Of a DNA stretch of 64,000 nt, positions 40,001 through 47,340 are shown piece by piece. The stretch comes from Verrucomicrobiales bacterium. Lineage in GTDB: Bacteria; Verrucomicrobiota; Verrucomicrobiia; Verrucomicrobiales; V1-33. Below the pieces are notes generated by a model, which was not told the origin of the DNA, searched no databases, and saw nothing but the letters and a program-made list of their open reading frames with translations. Positions within the stretch are counted from its first letter, which is position 1, and each line of letters starts with the position of its first letter. The stretch covers positions 117,296 through 181,295 of the forward strand of contig JAQGPJ010000079.1 of assembly GCA_028293125.1 (NCBI GenBank). Direction: 5' to 3'. The position numbers were made by a program, and so were the translations under genes.

Positions 40001-42517
40001 CTGAATGCGGGCGGAGCCGTCACAACCAACCAGGCCCGCTCCCCTTCGCTGGGCATATTGGGAGGCACCAGCCTTCCTGCGGAACAGACCGATATCATTC
40101 AGAGCCGCAATCCGGAAATCTATAACCCGCTTACATGGATCCCAACCTCATTCTATTTGGGAAAGGGCAGCATCCGGGTTGAGGCGCGGGGTGACGTGCT
40201 GGTTGGCCCCACCGTAAACACCTTCCTGCTGCCGCAGGGTCTCAATAACAAAATCTGGTACAAGACTTACTTCAGCACTTACGCAGCGGACAGTTCCGTG
40301 GAGGTGACCTCCCTTGGTGGCGACATCACCCACCGCAACGCGGTCACTCTTCCGCAAGGCAGTAACCCGGTCATCACACCAACCCTGCTTGCCTGGACGT
40401 TCCGGGAAAATCTTTTAGCCGGAACCACCCTCACAGCCCAGGCGGCCAATTATCAGCCGTGGATCCGCTTGGTGGAATCCTCCGTCGATCCTTTCTCTGC
40501 GGTCAGCAACCTGATGCCGGGGACATTGAAGAGCACTGCTTTTGGTGGAAACATTAATTTGACAGGCGATATGACACTGGCTCCCTCGGCTGAGGGCACG
40601 CTGGAGCTTCTGGCGGCGGGCAGTATCAACGGCATAAGCCCAACTGGCCGCTACCGGCTGGCCAGCGGGAATTCCGTGACGACATGGACCGGTAGCAAAA
40701 TAAACGTTTCGGACAGTGATCCAGCCCGTATCCCCGGCATTACCAGTCCGTTTGCCGCCAACACTGTGGCTGGGCGGACTTTAATCGCCCAGCGCAGGAC
40801 CAACCTGCCCGGCGGACTTCCAATCGATACGCTGCTCAATGAAAGCGGCTCCATCACCGGTGTTTTTGGGTCGCAAGTGCGCAAGCAGCTTTTACATGAC
40901 ACCAGCGTGCTTCATTTGAATGATTCCAATCCCCTGCTGATTTATGGAAACAGCGGTGACGTGTCCGGCCTTGGCTTGTTCAGTCCGAAGGCGGGAAGAG
41001 TGATTGCCGGAAGGGATATTACTGATGTTTCCTTCTACATCCAAAATACCGGCGCTTCGGATATTTCGTTGGTTTCCGCGGGGAGAGACCTTATTCCCTT
41101 CAGTGAAAGTTCCGCTTTGCGCTCCACCGCAGGCAATCTTTCCATCTCCAATTTCCTTATTGCCCGTTCCAATTCCACTTCGGACGGCGGCTCGACCAAT
41201 GCGAATGCCGGGGACATTCAAATTAACGGCCCGGGGGCATTGGAAGTGCTGGCAGGCGGCAAAATTGATCTGGGCGTCGGAGCAAACTTCAATGATGGCA
41301 CTGGGGTCGGCATTGCCAGTATTGGCAATCTCAGAAATCCAAACCTACCGGTGGAAGGCGCGGATTTGATCGTCATGGCTGGTGTAAGCGGCAAGAATGG
41401 GGGAGCTGCCTCAGGCCTGAGCCAAAGCGCTCTGGATATCAGGGCGTTCGTTACCCAATATGCGGAATCGGCGACGCAGGCGGAATCGGCCTATCTCGAA
41501 AAGCTAGGGGTTTCCAGCACCGATGAAATGACGGAGGAACAGAAGGCGATTGCCAACCTGGAGGTGTTTTTTGATGTTCTGAAGGCAAGTGGCCGTGATG
41601 CGGCGGCGAGCGGCTCCTATGCCCTGGGTTATGCCGCGATCGAGGCACTTTTTGGCGGCGCAGCCTCTGCCGATGCCGAAATACTGGGACGCTCGCGCGA
41701 CATCCGAACTGCAAGCGGCGGGGCAATTTCAATCGCAGCCCCAAGCGGCGGGCTGGCGATGGCTTCCCAAATCTTTGGCAACCCGCTGGCCCCTCCGGGG
41801 ATTGTGACTGAATCCGGCGGCAGCATTTCGATTTTCACCAACAGCAGTGTGAGCCTCGGGCAGGCCCGCATCTTTACGCTCCGCGGCGGCAACATTACGA
41901 TTTGGTCCTCCACCGGGGATATCGCGGCGGGCTCCGCCGCCAAAACCGTGGTCAGCGCTCCGCCGACCCGCGTGTTGATCGACTCCAACAGCGCCGATGT
42001 GAAGACCGACCTTGCTGGCTTGGCGACAGGCGGCGGGATCGGCGTGCTCGCCACCGTGGCGAACGTGACTGCTGGAGATGTGGATTTGATCGCGCCGCTT
42101 GGGGCTGTCGATGCCGGCGATGCCGGGATCAGGTCTTCGGGCAATTTGACCATCGCGGCATCGCAGGTCCTGAACGCTGGTAATATCGCTGTGACCGGCA
42201 CCAGCGCCGGCACGCCGGCAGCCGCACCAGCTGCTCCGGCGGTTTCAACTCCAGCTCCGGCTCCGCCTCCAGCCACAAACAAAAATCCGGCTGCGGATGC
42301 AGCCCAGGCCGCTAATAGTGCGCAGCGTGATGCAGTTGCTGCGGACACGCCTGTTTCGGTCTTTACCGTGGAGGTCATTGGCTACGGCGGAAGTGATCCG
42401 GGTATTGACCCTGCCAGTGGCACGCCTGAAGATGAGGAGGAAAAGGAACGCCGCCGCCGCGAAGAGGAGGCCCAAAGCCCTTCCGCACCGGCTCCAGCGC
42501 CTGCCCCGCCTCCCTGA
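31007..42517 (+). CDS. Giant filamentous-haemagglutinin-family exoprotein (TpsA-type, beta-helical)
   Basis: ORF 30971..42517 (3848 aa). Candidate starts are GTG 30971, ATG 31007 and ATG 31064 (MLATALLLAVQSASA). N-terminal TPS/haemagglutination-activity-like domain: QALLNWESFNVGKDTNLHFDQ...WIAFNKVSDPSGNPSQILGSITAPGQVYVINQNGIIFGGASQINVHTLTASSL. Thousands of residues of Gly/Ser/Ala/Asn-rich beta-helix-like repeats follow. The C-terminal block is ...GDVDLIAPLGAVDAGDAGIRSSGNLTIAASQVLNAGNI, then an Ala/Pro and charged tail. Confidence 0.9.
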   Translation: MKYPSPGDGREPCIPPCGSMLATALLLAVQSASAGDILRGGATAPSNGPRTAGSNTGAPQAAAARDNARDSLSRTSRAMESVQHAQQNALRAAAAANNAGLNPNRPGVQLPNVPNGLAPGGLKVSPDAAANPSLWAGAFLPTQTHNGGKAQVTVKQTRQQALLNWESFNVGKDTNLHFDQSAGKENTGQWIAFNKVSDPSGNPSQILGSITAPGQVYVINQNGIIFGGASQINVHTLTASSLPINEAMIQEGLLNQQRSAQFLFSALPQAGATPFTPPALPASGRIGDVTVQPGAELTAPTNGSKVGGRVALIGPNVTNSGSIRTPDGQTILAAGLQVGFAAHSSNDPSLRGLDIFVGAVADPASTAAAYAGTSANTGLIKAERGNITMAGKEVRQMGAVDATTSVALNGRIDLLANYEAVNNTAYDPITRPTVAPYLYGNGPSKTSTGTVTFGPGSISRILPEWDSADKVIGTELSLRSQVNARGKIINMDEGAMVHAPNGLVKYETGVWDYVNSATIPSSGFVRAGGQIYIGQDAMINVAGTPDAFSPLSNNILTVALRSAELADSPLQRQGALRGPEITVDLRKTGTYNGRDWVGTPLADLRGYLNVIERTVSELTVAGGSVSLNSGGSVIVQPGASIDASGGWLNYESGYVQTTRLLYNGQIVDIANATPDRLYDGIFTGEFTEVHPRWNISRTYRIPWMNGEHFEQGYLQGAQAGSLAMSGSSMALDGIIRANAVSGLRQTNKPAQGGSLSLDFEIEQLIAGTGSGRAISPTPPTVAFSKNPDPKPAAKFELDAAGEAVHLREDRMSLLELSTGLFDENGFASVTVINPDGDITVPRGVALNAPAAGSITLSGANVAVSGQIKAPGGSININAFNISPSFAAALKASGAGIIPSAETARGLFTLGDGAAINAAGLTVDNRAGSRTFSSIPKMIDGGSVAIKSYAANLSEGGSIDVSGGVEFGTTGERTFGKAGRIDILGGQDPNLLSVDGGIVHLGGSLKGYSGTNTGGTLSLQAQLIQVGGSLLSPASLALTADFFNQGGFSTFNLTGLGETIGSGEFLPGILIAPGIRIEPRVLSALAQSYGGQNGTVALLPFEKPQGLRPAANLNFTAKGVRNDLTNLLEVRGDLVLGPSASIKTDASGSIALRGDTVAVYGSASAPGGRISVTGANSLPQIGTPPEYAETTVYLAPGSRLSTHGSTLTQIDRFKRLIGSVLPGGTITVSGNIVAESASVLDVSGTTGELDLHPNQLGLGSNGQKLSAGDQLVSYTSGVNSPLYQGLAVRTSLDSNGGSISLSGGQMLFTDATLHGNAGGSRALGGTLSVSSGRMPSFNNSETNLVVTQNGPVLPLDFRGDGSPVGQPIRDVSGAVIPSMGYFAANAFERGGFDSLTLGGNVEFRGLIDIAADRALRAATGGVVRANSQVGLAADYVSLGQAFVAPLGPDDIQLPFTKTSDGTAFNFAPSAGSGVLSVTGNLIDVGTLSLQGISQTILNARSGEIRGNGTLNAAGRLDLIAGQIYPTTASRFNIIAYDAPGSPGTITIQSGAAKDLSLSAGGQLNLFATHIVQGGVLRAPFGSIRLGWDGTGTAPFADPVTGSVSALPVTRNLTLAAGSQTSVSAVNPRTGKAITVPYGYVSGGGEWIDPTGVNITASGPGERRVDMGAKNLTADAGSVIDLRGGGDLYAYRWVVGNGGSGDILLGEDSFAILPGYDALYDPYAPFNPRSDAFGDDPGYTNSTLKVGDSIYLGANGSVPADNYILLPARYALQPGGHLVTARSGAPIGSFQLPDGSSLVSGHRFNSIDQGTDASVQSRYELASGDVVRQRAAYDDFFANSFFKEAAQALKINASRLPEDSGRLVLQATLTANLSGSVAARALAAGRGGLVDISSAADIYIGNTAHHSNPAGSLFLNADQLNAIGAESLLIGGVRTYSAGGAQVAVNTGSLTLDNAGTALLGTDIALVSKNALNLVDGSAIQASGTLRSQLDNLVFGSSSVAGSGNGLMVRMASSPSATSQRAGVTPGGSSQLTVGAGVRLEGADLTLDSASGTELSSQAALLADTINLYSGQISLVKNYAGEAPANSGLVLSGLALGTLEQRARDLNLSSYTSLDVYGSGVVSVAGSIRLSSGQIRGFGQEEGSFNFEALSIMLDNRGSASSPGASAAAPGDLVLKANVITLGSGDVRVDQFRNLQLDAASGILVSGRGSLAVQGNLTGNTPVVTGSSGASHAVRTAGNLTLNGMAGTGQPKGGLGAEITLEGASVDLGTSIVFPSGRIAARALTGDLRIGGLLSAAGTSQNFYDAIRYTSAGEVQLSANNGSISLLPGSVVDVSAPQVGGNAGQFSASTPAGNIILEGSLRGQAGSGGTSGLASFDVKSAPNLAPFISDLDAGGFFESRVFRVRTGDVAVDGTSRAHTFRLGADSGSITASGTIDASGITGGEITLAANGDLTLLSTAWLTAAAAEFNAAGKGGSISLQSGSSRDGVVPQGTMLDLQAGSMIDLSVASLLSGNIATPGSSAFYGKFSGTLHLRAPRGSPNNDLAVSTIGSTITVASSILVEGYQLTDLTAGGTAGTITGTVQSGINTIAAAFMGNEAAITARLLGSDAQAFGSTFVLVPGAEIINKNGNLTLGASSSTSTSDWSLHNFRYGSKSAPGLLTLRAPGDLVFHNALSDGFTPATGVPAGQQLWLGAAMTLNPALPANTQSWSYTLTAGADLGAANSTTVLALSGLGTDGGSLLLGKNYNAVLVNGANALTAAAIQDRYQVIRTGTGNISVNAGRDVRLLNQFASIYTAGAALPDPGSIYQPNDFRIPSLTDGLDSQPSTPELGTSQQVYNPSWTISGGNISISAGRNIGRYTMSGGVLIADTSRQVPNNWLMRRGAVDPVTGQFGVSGLVGGGASAFADSASSTTWWVDFSNFFQGIGALGGGNISLTAGNDIVNTDALVPTTARMPGLDSAGNSLRPDASAMVELGGGNIRITAGRNIDGGTYYVERGDAVLNAGGAVTTNQARSPSLGILGGTSLPAEQTDIIQSRNPEIYNPLTWIPTSFYLGKGSIRVEARGDVLVGPTVNTFLLPQGLNNKIWYKTYFSTYAADSSVEVTSLGGDITHRNAVTLPQGSNPVITPTLLAWTFRENLLAGTTLTAQAANYQPWIRLVESSVDPFSAVSNLMPGTLKSTAFGGNINLTGDMTLAPSAEGTLELLAAGSINGISPTGRYRLASGNSVTTWTGSKINVSDSDPARIPGITSPFAANTVAGRTLIAQRRTNLPGGLPIDTLLNESGSITGVFGSQVRKQLLHDTSVLHLNDSNPLLIYGNSGDVSGLGLFSPKAGRVIAGRDITDVSFYIQNTGASDISLVSAGRDLIPFSESSALRSTAGNLSISNFLIARSNSTSDGGSTNANAGDIQINGPGALEVLAGGKIDLGVGANFNDGTGVGIASIGNLRNPNLPVEGADLIVMAGVSGKNGGAASGLSQSALDIRAFVTQYAESATQAESAYLEKLGVSSTDEMTEEQKAIANLEVFFDVLKASGRDAAASGSYALGYAAIEALFGGAASADAEILGRSRDIRTASGGAISIAAPSGGLAMASQIFGNPLAPPGIVTESGGSISIFTNSSVSLGQARIFTLRGGNITIWSSTGDIAAGSAAKTVVSAPPTRVLIDSNSADVKTDLAGLATGGGIGVLATVANVTAGDVDLIAPLGAVDAGDAGIRSSGNLTIAASQVLNAGNIAVTGTSAGTPAAAPAAPAVSTPAPAPPPATNKNPAADAAQAANSAQRDAVAADTPVSVFTVEVIGYGGSDPGIDPASGTPEDEEEKERRRREEEAQSPSAPAPAPAPPP

Positions 42518-42609
42518 AAGGAACAACCTGCGAGCCACAGAGTGCTCCCGTGTTCCATCACTGCACTGATAATGCGGCCTGAAATTTACAGCCCCATTTC
42601 AGTCCGCTC

Positions 42610-43311
42610 TTATTTGATCGGGTTTGCCAGCTGCAGCCGGAGCTTTGCGGCTTCCATGGACTGCTGCAAATAAGCGGCCTTTCCCAGTATGATCCGGTAT
42701 TGGTCATCGGCAGCCCGCGCAGCCGCTTCCCAGCGCCCGTCATGCGCCGTCAAATCCTCGTCGGTCGCCTTGCCGGACATCATTTCCTCAGTCGCTGCGC
42801 TGGCAGCCGTAAAATCCTGCAATATCCCCCGCTCCGCCGTTTCCTGACTCGCTGTGGGAACTGGCAAAGTGGCAGAGTGGGAAGCCAAAATCGCCGGCAT
42901 TCTGCTGCCCAGCGAAAAGTCGAGTGTCACTGCCTGGGGGACATGGAAAGCCTCACCAGCGGAAAAAATTGAGGGGAATTTTGGAATACGGTCACCAGCC
43001 GTCCGCATGGGGAATTCCAAACCCGCTTGAGGAGCCGCAGGCGTGACCTCCGGTGCCGGGAGCGTAAGGGCGGCAGGCGGTGTTGGCGGTGCGGACGCGA
43101 TCACGTGTTCTGTGAAAGCCTGTTCCGTCGCAGCCGGAGGCAGCCGGACAGGTTTTGAAAATGGCTTCCTGCCAGTTGCTGCAACGTTTGGTGCTGAATC
43201 AGACGCAGCCGCTGGCCCTGAAATGCGCCGCTGGCTCATGGAGAAAAAGAAACCAGCGGTCGCAGCCACTGCTGCGCCGCTGGCCAAAATTCTTCCCTTT
43301 TTTAACCGCAT
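42610..43311 (-). CDS. Hypothetical membrane-anchored protein (N-terminal TM, Pro/Ala-rich spacer, small helical C-terminal domain)
   Basis: ORF 42610..43311. N-terminus MRLKKGRILASGAAVAATAGFFFS, PTPPAALTLPAPEVTPAAP spacer, no recognisable motif. Last gene of the minus-strand cassette, starting 21 nt downstream of the stop of the preceding gene. Confidence 0.5.
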   Translation of the reverse strand: MRLKKGRILASGAAVAATAGFFFSMSQRRISGPAAASDSAPNVAATGRKPFSKPVRLPPAATEQAFTEHVIASAPPTPPAALTLPAPEVTPAAPQAGLEFPMRTAGDRIPKFPSIFSAGEAFHVPQAVTLDFSLGSRMPAILASHSATLPVPTASQETAERGILQDFTAASAATEEMMSGKATDEDLTAHDGRWEAAARAADDQYRIILGKAAYLQQSMEAAKLRLQLANPIK

Positions 43312-43332
43312 GGCTATCCAGCCCGGAAAGGA

Positions 43333-44529
43333 TTAATTAGCCTTGAGGATTTCAAGGCGGCCGAAAAGGCGGTCCGAAACATCCCCGGACGGAAGCAATG
43401 CGCTGATCTGGGTTGCCGTGTTGATGGTGGGAGTCAAGGCCGTCCAAGTGATGAGATCGGAGGAGGACTCAATGCTGTAGATGATTTTTGCGTCGTTTCC
43501 AGCCGCGTTGCCTTTGGTGAAGGCAAGCTGTAGACCTCCAGCAACAGCCGTGGGGGGAGGAAGGCTGTCAAAGGCAAGAGGATTCAGGTCCAGCGCGTAT
43601 TCCACCAAGGCGGGAATCCCGTCATTATCCCGGTCATCGGTGGTGGGCGTTCCCGTGGGCAATCCTTTGCTGACGGCCCAGTCATTGAAACCATCCGCGG
43701 GGGCATTGCCCATCGCGATAAAGGAAACCTGTCCAGTTTGGCTGATCGTGAACGTGCCCTTGTAGGCCCCGCTGCGGATCGGATTGCCTGCCCCATACTG
43801 CCCCGACACATTGTTCACTGCCTGAATGCGGTAAACATCCAACGCTGCCTCCACGCTTCCAGCATCGCCGAGCGATCCCCAGGGGCCAGCCGCAAACGCC
43901 GCCTCGATGCCTCCGGTGAGATTGGCGAAGGAATTCGCCTTCGCAGGCTTGGTATATTCGTCAAGGGTGTTGCCGCCGGATTTTGGAATTACCGCAAGAC
44001 CGGCAGCATTGGCGGTCGAAAGCGAATAGGTCAGCGCCGTGCTGACGATCTGACCTGAAGTGGTGGTTGCCGCCGTGTTGCTGGGAAAAGTCCATGCTGT
44101 GGAGCGTGCGGTTCCCGGCACACTTCCCGCGCTGTTCCTATTGCGGGAAGCATAAACGGTGCGGAATGGATCCCCGCTCACCAAAGTATCGCCAATGGTG
44201 TCGGAATCCGTGGATGCAAATATACTGATATACAAATCGGTCCGCTCATACCAATCGGCACCAAAAACGCTGCTGAGCTGTGTGCCGACATTAGCAAAAT
44301 TAAGTGAGTTTTTCGCGGTATCGAATGCATCCCTGAATGAGCTGGCCGAACCAAGGCGGACCACTACGGTATCATCCGTGCCCTGCCCGGTGCCGGTCAC
44401 AAAACCCATCAGCAAATCTCCGGATGCGTATGGCGCGGCTTCCAATGAGGAGAGTGTCATGTGGCACAGCAGCCCACCCAGAACCAGAATGGGAAGCTGC
44501 TTGGCGGGGGAGAAAGAGGGAGTAATCAT
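43333..44529 (-). CDS. Secreted surface-protein paralog B: shared ~270-aa N-terminal domain + Asp-rich (DDRDNDG) / beta-sandwich-like C-terminal region, no PEP-CTERM
   Basis: ORF 43333..44760. ATG at 44529 gives signal peptide MITPSFSPAKQLPILVLGGLLCHMTLSSLEA. Shares identical blocks with the 46016..46867 product: WYERTDLYIS, SDTIGDTL, GDPFRTVYASR, TTTSGQIVST, VEAALD and RIQAVNN. Tail is ...TDDRDNDGIPALVEYALDLNP... Confidence 0.7.
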   Translation of the reverse strand: MITPSFSPAKQLPILVLGGLLCHMTLSSLEAAPYASGDLLMGFVTGTGQGTDDTVVVRLGSASSFRDAFDTAKNSLNFANVGTQLSSVFGADWYERTDLYISIFASTDSDTIGDTLVSGDPFRTVYASRNRNSAGSVPGTARSTAWTFPSNTAATTTSGQIVSTALTYSLSTANAAGLAVIPKSGGNTLDEYTKPAKANSFANLTGGIEAAFAAGPWGSLGDAGSVEAALDVYRIQAVNNVSGQYGAGNPIRSGAYKGTFTISQTGQVSFIAMGNAPADGFNDWAVSKGLPTGTPTTDDRDNDGIPALVEYALDLNPLAFDSLPPPTAVAGGLQLAFTKGNAAGNDAKIIYSIESSSDLITWTALTPTINTATQISALLPSGDVSDRLFGRLEILKAN

Positions 44530-44701
44530 ACAGAAAAGCAATCCTAGGGGGCGAAAAGCCAGATTGCAGCGCCTTTCCTGTGACGAATCCGTTTCAAGAA
44601 CGGCCTTTCGGTGCCAGGGCCATTGGCAAAACAACCGCCACCGGGCAGTGCCGGTGACGGTGGTAAGGTTCCCGGCATAGCGGGAAATGAATGACACTGG
44701 A

Positions 44702-45970
44702 TCAAGGCGCGACAATCCCACCATCGCTGCCACGGGCGACCAGCATCTGCTCAAGGGCAATGCCGCTCAGTCCGAGATTCAGGGGGGTGCTGCCAGCTCT
44801 GATAGCTTGATATAGCGTATTAATATCCGCGTTGCTGGAAAGGTCCACATTGCTGTAGAGGTTTTCGTAGCTCCACAGAGTGTAGCGCCCACGGGCAATA
44901 TCATTGACGGCAGCGTCACTGAGACTGAACGGGTCGGCGGCAGTGCCTGTGCCTTTATAAGTAAGCGCCGAGGCTCCATTGTAGGAAAGCAGCCGGGCAG
45001 GAACTTCTGTGGCCGTAGCGGCACGCTGGGACTGGAAGGCATCCGAGGCGCTCTGATAGGAAATCAGGCTGACGGCACTTGGGAGGCCCACATTTTGGCC
45101 GGCGGCAGTTTGAATCTGCACCGAACTGGAGGTGGAGCGCATCGACGATGTGATGTTCCCGCCCGAGAAAAAGCCGCCATTACCAGAAGTATCCGGGTTC
45201 CAGATGTCCGAAATATTCGGGCTGTCAGCCACAGGCCAGAGGCGGAGTGTGGTGATGTTATTGGAGACAACCGTCGGTTTGTACTGCTTTACCAGCTGGC
45301 TGACCCCGTAGCCGGTTTCCGCCAAAACAATCGTGCGGGTGCCGGAACCGTCGTTGCGGCCAGTGAGGTAAACCTGCTTGTTGTCATCCGCGGGGAGGCC
45401 GCTCCACATGCTGAGAGGCTGGCTTCCAGTGGTATAAAGAGCGTTGGCCAGCTGGCTGGTCATGCCCGTAATGCCGGGAGCGGCGCCATTATTGGCGACA
45501 TAAGCGAAAACCACCACGCCAACGGCTGGATCACCGGGATAGAGGGTGTTGGCCGTATAGGGAGTCGAGGACTGCGCACAGTCGGAAAATGCCAATTGGG
45601 CAGTTCCTGGGGAAGTAGCGGTTTTGATGGATCCACCTGTGCCGTCAGCTGCTCCAGCGGCTGTTGGAGCCTCGGAAAGGAACAGGAGCGGCGTGTTGTT
45701 GTGAATGGCCCGGATACCTTCAACAGCACCATTCCATGAACAGCGGATCGTGGTCACGCCTGAAATGCCCGGAAAATTGCCCTGAAAAACGACCTGATTG
45801 GCGGTTTGCAGGGTTCCGTTGCTGTAGCTGGCGAGAAAGCCGGGGCTATAGGAGGAGGCAATGGTCTTGATAGCCGAAGCGCGGAAGGCCGTGGCTCCAG
45901 TAATATGGATTTCTGCGGCGAAAGCCGATGTCGCGGCTGCCAACGAAAGAAGGGCTAGAGTGATTTTCAT
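44702..45970 (-). CDS. Secreted PstS-like (type 2 periplasmic binding protein fold) protein
   Basis: Signal peptide MKITLALLSLAAATSAFA. PBP/PstS-like succession ITGATAF, SWNGAVEGIRAI, LAFSDCAQ, VVVFAYVANN and YLTGRNDGSGTRT. A long Ser/Thr/Asn-rich insertion makes it atypical. Confidence 0.7.
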   Translation of the reverse strand: MKITLALLSLAAATSAFAAEIHITGATAFRASAIKTIASSYSPGFLASYSNGTLQTANQVVFQGNFPGISGVTTIRCSWNGAVEGIRAIHNNTPLLFLSEAPTAAGAADGTGGSIKTATSPGTAQLAFSDCAQSSTPYTANTLYPGDPAVGVVVFAYVANNGAAPGITGMTSQLANALYTTGSQPLSMWSGLPADDNKQVYLTGRNDGSGTRTIVLAETGYGVSQLVKQYKPTVVSNNITTLRLWPVADSPNISDIWNPDTSGNGGFFSGGNITSSMRSTSSSVQIQTAAGQNVGLPSAVSLISYQSASDAFQSQRAATATEVPARLLSYNGASALTYKGTGTAADPFSLSDAAVNDIARGRYTLWSYENLYSNVDLSSNADINTLYQAIRAGSTPLNLGLSGIALEQMLVARGSDGGIVAP

Positions 45971-46015
45971 GGGTGCAATGGCTTATGGGATTGTGAATGA
46001 GGAAATGCGGGAATT

Positions 46016-46867
46016 TTAGGCGCGGCGGCGGCGCAGCAGGCTGGACAAGCCGGTAAGGAGCAAAATCCCGCTTGTTGAGGGCTCGGGAATGAAGGAAATG
46101 TCACCTCCATTGTTGATGGTGAAAGTCCCCGTGAAGTCACCCCGGCGGTTGAGTGCGCCTTCACCATATTGGCCCGGGATGTTGTTCACGGCCTGAATGC
46201 GCTGAAGATCGAGAGCAGCCTCAACAGGCCCTGTTGCGCTGAACGAGCCCCATGCTCCGGTGCCGAAAGCCTGCTCGATGCCGCCGCTCAAATTGGTGAA
46301 GGAATTGCTGGCCAGCGGCTTGGTGAATTTGTCGAGCGTGTTGGCCGCGTCAGGAATAATGGAGACTCCGTTGGCATTGGAAGCACTGCCGGCAAAAACG
46401 CCGGAAGTGGAGACAATTTGCCCGGACGTGGTCGTGATCGCTGTGTTTGAGTTGATGGTGAAAAGCGAGGGAATGGCATCTTCACTTTGGCGTGACCGGG
46501 AGGCGTAAACGGTTCGGAAGGGGTCGCCATTGATCAGAGTGTCACCGATCGTGTCGGAACCTGTTGAACCAAACAGGCTGATATAAAGGTCGGTCCGCTC
46601 GTACCATGGTGTTCCGCCTGAGCCGAACTGGGTGGTCAATTCCGTGCCGATATTCTCGAAATTGATCTGAACAGTGCCGGAATCAAAGCCATCGCGGAAA
46701 ACAGCGGCGGAACCGAGGTTAATAACCAGGGTTTCATTGGAGCCAACTCCGCTCCCGGCCACAAAGCCAAGCAGGAGATCACCTGAAGTGTAGGAAGCAG
46801 CGTTGGCTGCAGCGCTGGATAAAGCAGTCAGAACCAGAGCAAGGAGCTTTACTTTAGTGGTTGACAT
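46016..46867 (-). CDS. PEP-CTERM-anchored surface protein paralog A
   Basis: ORF 46016..46939. ATG at 46867 gives signal peptide MSTTKVKLLALVLTALSSAAANA. The C-terminus FIPEPSTSGILLLTGLSSLLRRRRA is a textbook PEP-CTERM signal: PEP motif, hydrophobic helix and Arg cluster. Confidence 0.85.
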   Translation of the reverse strand: MSTTKVKLLALVLTALSSAAANAASYTSGDLLLGFVAGSGVGSNETLVINLGSAAVFRDGFDSGTVQINFENIGTELTTQFGSGGTPWYERTDLYISLFGSTGSDTIGDTLINGDPFRTVYASRSRQSEDAIPSLFTINSNTAITTTSGQIVSTSGVFAGSASNANGVSIIPDAANTLDKFTKPLASNSFTNLSGGIEQAFGTGAWGSFSATGPVEAALDLQRIQAVNNIPGQYGEGALNRRGDFTGTFTINNGGDISFIPEPSTSGILLLTGLSSLLRRRRA

Positions 46868-47340
46868 AAAAGAAAAAGGTTGATTTGGGGTAGGCAGAAG
46901 CCCGCTCAATGGAACCTGAGTGCCTGAAGCCGCTGCCAACGATCCATCATTAAGGTGGAAATTTTGGCCAGCGAGCTTTCAAATGTGCCGAATTTGTTCC
47001 AGTAGCGTGAGTGCTGCTCCGGCCTTGAGCTGCAATTCACCTTGGGAACAAAACTCCCCGCAGGTCGCTTTTCCTTGAAATTATTTGAGGCGGAAAATCT
47101 TCGCTCAGCTTTAGTAATTGCTGATCCGTGGACAGCAAAAAGCAAAACTCCGCTCCATACCCAACCATGACCAAGCGCACCGGTTCCAAACCCGCCTCCT
47201 CCACTCCTCACCCCCCTTCCAGTCACCTATCACCTTCGAACGCTCCCGCCCTCAGCATCTTATAATAACTAAATTTATGCGATTTTTTCTATGTTTTCCT
47301 TGCAGGATGAGACAAGATAAACGTAGGATGCTTGAATTGC

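Noticed and set aside
30971-42517. Nucleotide-level tandem repeats or a CRISPR-like array inside the giant gene
   Set aside because: The repetitiveness is at the protein level (degenerate beta-helix repeats). I saw no regularly spaced identical DNA repeats with unique spacers here or anywhere else in the window.
46906-47226. 106-aa minus-strand ORF upstream of the PEP-CTERM gene (possible mobile-element relic)
   Set aside because: I looked for transposase or integrase signatures because of the nearby GC drop and found none I could name. Its 3' end lies upstream of and next to the PEP-CTERM gene start. I left it unannotated.
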